DNA of 64,000 nucleotides from Dictyostelium discoideum (Eukaryota): NCBI GenBank assembly GCA_000004695.1, contig CM000155.2, positions 832,001 to 896,000 of the forward strand, read 5' to 3'. Shown piece by piece: positions 60,901 to 64,000 of this stretch (position 1 is its first letter; each line of letters starts with the position of its first letter). The notes under the pieces were generated by a model. It saw only the letters and a program-made list of their open reading frames with translations, ran no database searches and was not told where the DNA came from. The position numbers and the translations under genes were made by a program.

Positions 60901-63900
60901 TTTTTTTTGATATAAATAAACTATTGTAGTATACAATTAGTATGTTATTTTTATTTATTTATTTTAGGTTTTTTAGTTTTTGTGAATTTAAAATAGTATG
61001 TTATTTTAGATTAGGTAATTAATAATTAATTGGTGGTGTAATTGTTGGAATTGGTTCATTTGTGTTTATGCTCCATTCTTTTTTAAATTTTTTGATGGTT
61101 TCGGACCATTGGGTTTCTTTTTGAGTTTTTGTGAGGTTGTTTTTAATTGAGTATTGGTTAAAGTTTGATAAAGTTCTTGAATATTCCAATCTTATTAGCT
61201 TGTGCCATTTTGATTTTAATATGTCATAATCTAGTGTTGTGTTGTTTATTTGGTTGTTCCAATTATCAATTGATTGAGTTATATTGATGTCAAATAATGA
61301 TTTGCATAACCATATCCATATTTGGTGAATAACTAATGAGATTATGTTCCAATATGCATGTGTTCTGACTAGATCAAGATTTGTGTTTATATAATTCCAG
61401 TTGAACCTGTATTTTTTATATTGTGCGTTTTCTGCAAAATGAAAATTAATATTGATAGTTGGATCTGGTTTAAATGCTTTGTTGTTTGTTTGTGGTTTAT
61501 AGATGAGTGTGTATAATTTTGTTGTTTGGTTTTTTGTTAGTGACCAGTTTTTGTTTCCATTGCAATTTTTATATATAAAATATTTTAATTTGTCGTGGTT
61601 AATGAAGTTGATTGTGTGCTGACAATTGAAAAACAAATGACCATAGGGATCATTATTCATTTCATTGTTGCAAATGGGGCAAACTTTGTTGTGTAGATGA
61701 TTAATCGGAAGACATCTAGCATGGAATCTTTGCATTGTATCACGGCCTTTTGGATCTTTTAATTTTTGAATTTTGACAAAAAGTTGGTCGTATGTGTATT
61801 TCCATAATAGTTGTATTGATTGTTGGTGCGAAGTAAGAAGTAGATCTGAATATTTCTTGCCAATATAGTCTTTTGATTTACATTGGTGATTGTTGAGTAT
61901 TGTCGAGTAGATTTCTTTGAGTGTTGGTGGTAGTGAAATATTATTTGTGTTTAATGTTTGAGAGGTTTGATTTTTTATTAATATTGGTTGTAGGATTTGA
62001 ACTTTATCTTTTAGATGTCCAATTTGAGTTGCATAGTTTTCCCATTCTTTTTTGATTTTTATAAGGTATGGAGAAGAGATTGATTTGTTGATGATTTGAT
62101 CCATCCAACTTATCATGTATATTGAATTGTTTGCAGATTTATGCATTTGTAAAAATCTGTTGTATATCCAAATCTTTTGAGCAACTTGTCGTAATTGTAT
62201 ATTCCACATACCCCAACCACCTTCTTTTAATGGTTTTAATGATCTATCATAACACATCAAAGGTATTTTTGCACGTGAATGGATGGTTGATGTGTTGTTT
62301 TCAATGGAATTGGTATTAGGAGTTGGTGATTCAGAATTTGCGGGAGAATTCATAAACCATGAGATTAATTTATTAATTTGAAATTCTTCATCTTTTGTAA
62401 ATTCTTCAAGGTATGATAAATATGTTATTGGTGATAGTGAGTAGGTGTTTATGATGGTTGTTTTTGTTTTTAATGTTGTGCCACTAGTTTTCCATAGTAC
62501 TAATGATTTATTCAATGTTTTCATTGTTTCTGGTAATTTCCTATGTAAACCATTATGATTAAAGAAATAGCCAAGAACTCTTTCTGATTGATCTTTTTTG
62601 GTTATTGGTATTCTTTTTGATTGTGGAATATTGTTTATTATGTGTTTATCAGTGATTTTGTGGGGGTTGATTTCTATTATTGCACTTTTGTCAAAATTTA
62701 ATGATGATGATGTTGAAGCGCAGAAATTATCGAAATGTTTGATTGATTGTTGTTGTTGTTCGTAGTTGATGTTGTATGTTGTAGAGTCGTCTGCAAATTG
62801 GGTAAATTTGATTTTAATTTGTGGATTGGGTGAAATTGGTAAACCAATTATTGAATTGTCTGCATTTATTGTTCTTGCTAATATTTCAATTACAATTACA
62901 AATAAAGTGGCTGAGATTGGGTCACCTTGTTTTACACCTCTTTTAATTTCGAATTTTCTGGTTGTTTTACCATTAATTGAAATTTTTGCTTGTGAGTCAG
63001 ATAATAGCTTGTGGATTAAATTTATTAATTTTATTGGTATACCAATATGAATTAATGTTCTTTTAATACTATCGTGAGAGATAGAATCAAATGCTTTAAA
63101 GAAGTCAAATAGTGTGATGATACCAGGGAGGTTTTTAGATTTGAGGTAGTTGATTAATTCATTGATGTTGATGATGTTGTCTATGATGAATCTGTGGGGT
63201 ACGAAACCAGTTTGGTTGTTGTTGATGATGAAAGGAAGTATTCTCAGAAGACGTGCATTGATTACTTTTGAGAGGATCTTGTAATCAGTGTTTAGAAGTG
63301 TAATGGGACGACGATTTGATATGAGTAACGGGTTGCCTTTCTTGTATATTGTGTGTATAAGACCTTCGGTGAATTCTGTTGTGATGTGGTGAGGATTTTC
63401 TAGTATATCGTTGAATAATGTAGTGAGAATTGGTTTAACTTGGTTTAAATGATTAATGTAGAATGCATTTGTAACGCCATCTGGACCGGGTGATTTGTTG
63501 GGGTTACAGGTTTTAATTGCAGCTTCAACTTCATCTTGTATAAATGGTGAGTCTAAACCATTCCAATATTCATTTTTTATGATGGGCCATGTGTTTAGCA
63601 TGAGCTGGTGAGTTATTGGACAACATATTTGTAAGCTATATAGATTTGTGTAGAATTCAACAAACGCATTTTCAATTTGGTCGGGGTCGGATGTAATGAT
63701 GTTACCATATTGGATTGATTCAATTTTTGCATCTTTTGATCTTTTGTTTAGTATTGCTGATAGATACTTGCTAGGTATTTCTCCATTTATATGTTTTTTT
63801 AATATGTTTGTGTGGTTTTGATGTAATTTGTTTTTGTTACATATAATATTGTATTCAGCGATGCATTGTTCTTCAAGATGTTTGAATTTTGCCGCTTTTT

Positions 63901-64000
63901 CTAAAAGTATTTGTTTTGCACGTTGAGTTTGTTTGTCTTTGTTATATTGATAGTTTTTTAGAGTTTTAATAATTTTTGATTTTACTTTTGACCAGTTTGT
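60901..64000 (-). mobile_element. Inverted second copy of the TRE3-B/C-like retrotransposon (3' 3.1 kb; the 5' part lies beyond the window)
   Basis: About 97% identical to 34880-37986 in reverse complement. Its poly-A appears as T10 at 60901-60910. The ORF2 frame is open from the window edge to the stop at 61019 (ORF track 61019..63601 plus start-less upstream continuation). Confidence 0.85.

Overview
Extremely AT-rich eukaryotic nuclear DNA (long A/T homopolymers, poly-Asn/Gln/Thr coding repeats, short GT..AG introns with GTAAGT/GTATGT donors). The best match is the social amoeba Dictyostelium discoideum.

Layout:
- 1-27 kb: gene-dense housekeeping region. It holds Thg1 tRNA-His guanylyltransferase, a DCAF11/WDR23-like WD40 protein, cystatin A, a poly-N protein, a sedolisin-propeptide gene fragment, a GNAT-type acyltransferase, ribosomal proteins S8 and L13, an LRR protein, mitochondrial ACP, RFC2, and an APLF-like multidomain DNA-repair protein.
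- 27.1-49.5 kb: a tRNA-Gly(GCC) gene with a downstream external B box, followed by a head-to-tail array of tRNA-targeted non-LTR retrotransposons. These are three near-identical TRE3-A-like copies, one 5'-truncated copy and one TRE3-B/C-like element. Every copy carries its own private frameshift.
- 49.7-64 kb: a frameshifted secreted beta-helix pseudogene, two tandem DMT/SLC35F-like transporter paralogs, the V-ATPase subunit a gene (vatM), and an inverted, partial second TRE3-B/C-like copy running off the window end.

An assembly gap (100 N) lies at 9477-9576. No CRISPR or other prokaryotic features are present.

The ORF track uses non-ATG (TTG) starts in places, so several gene models here were rebuilt by hand-splicing.
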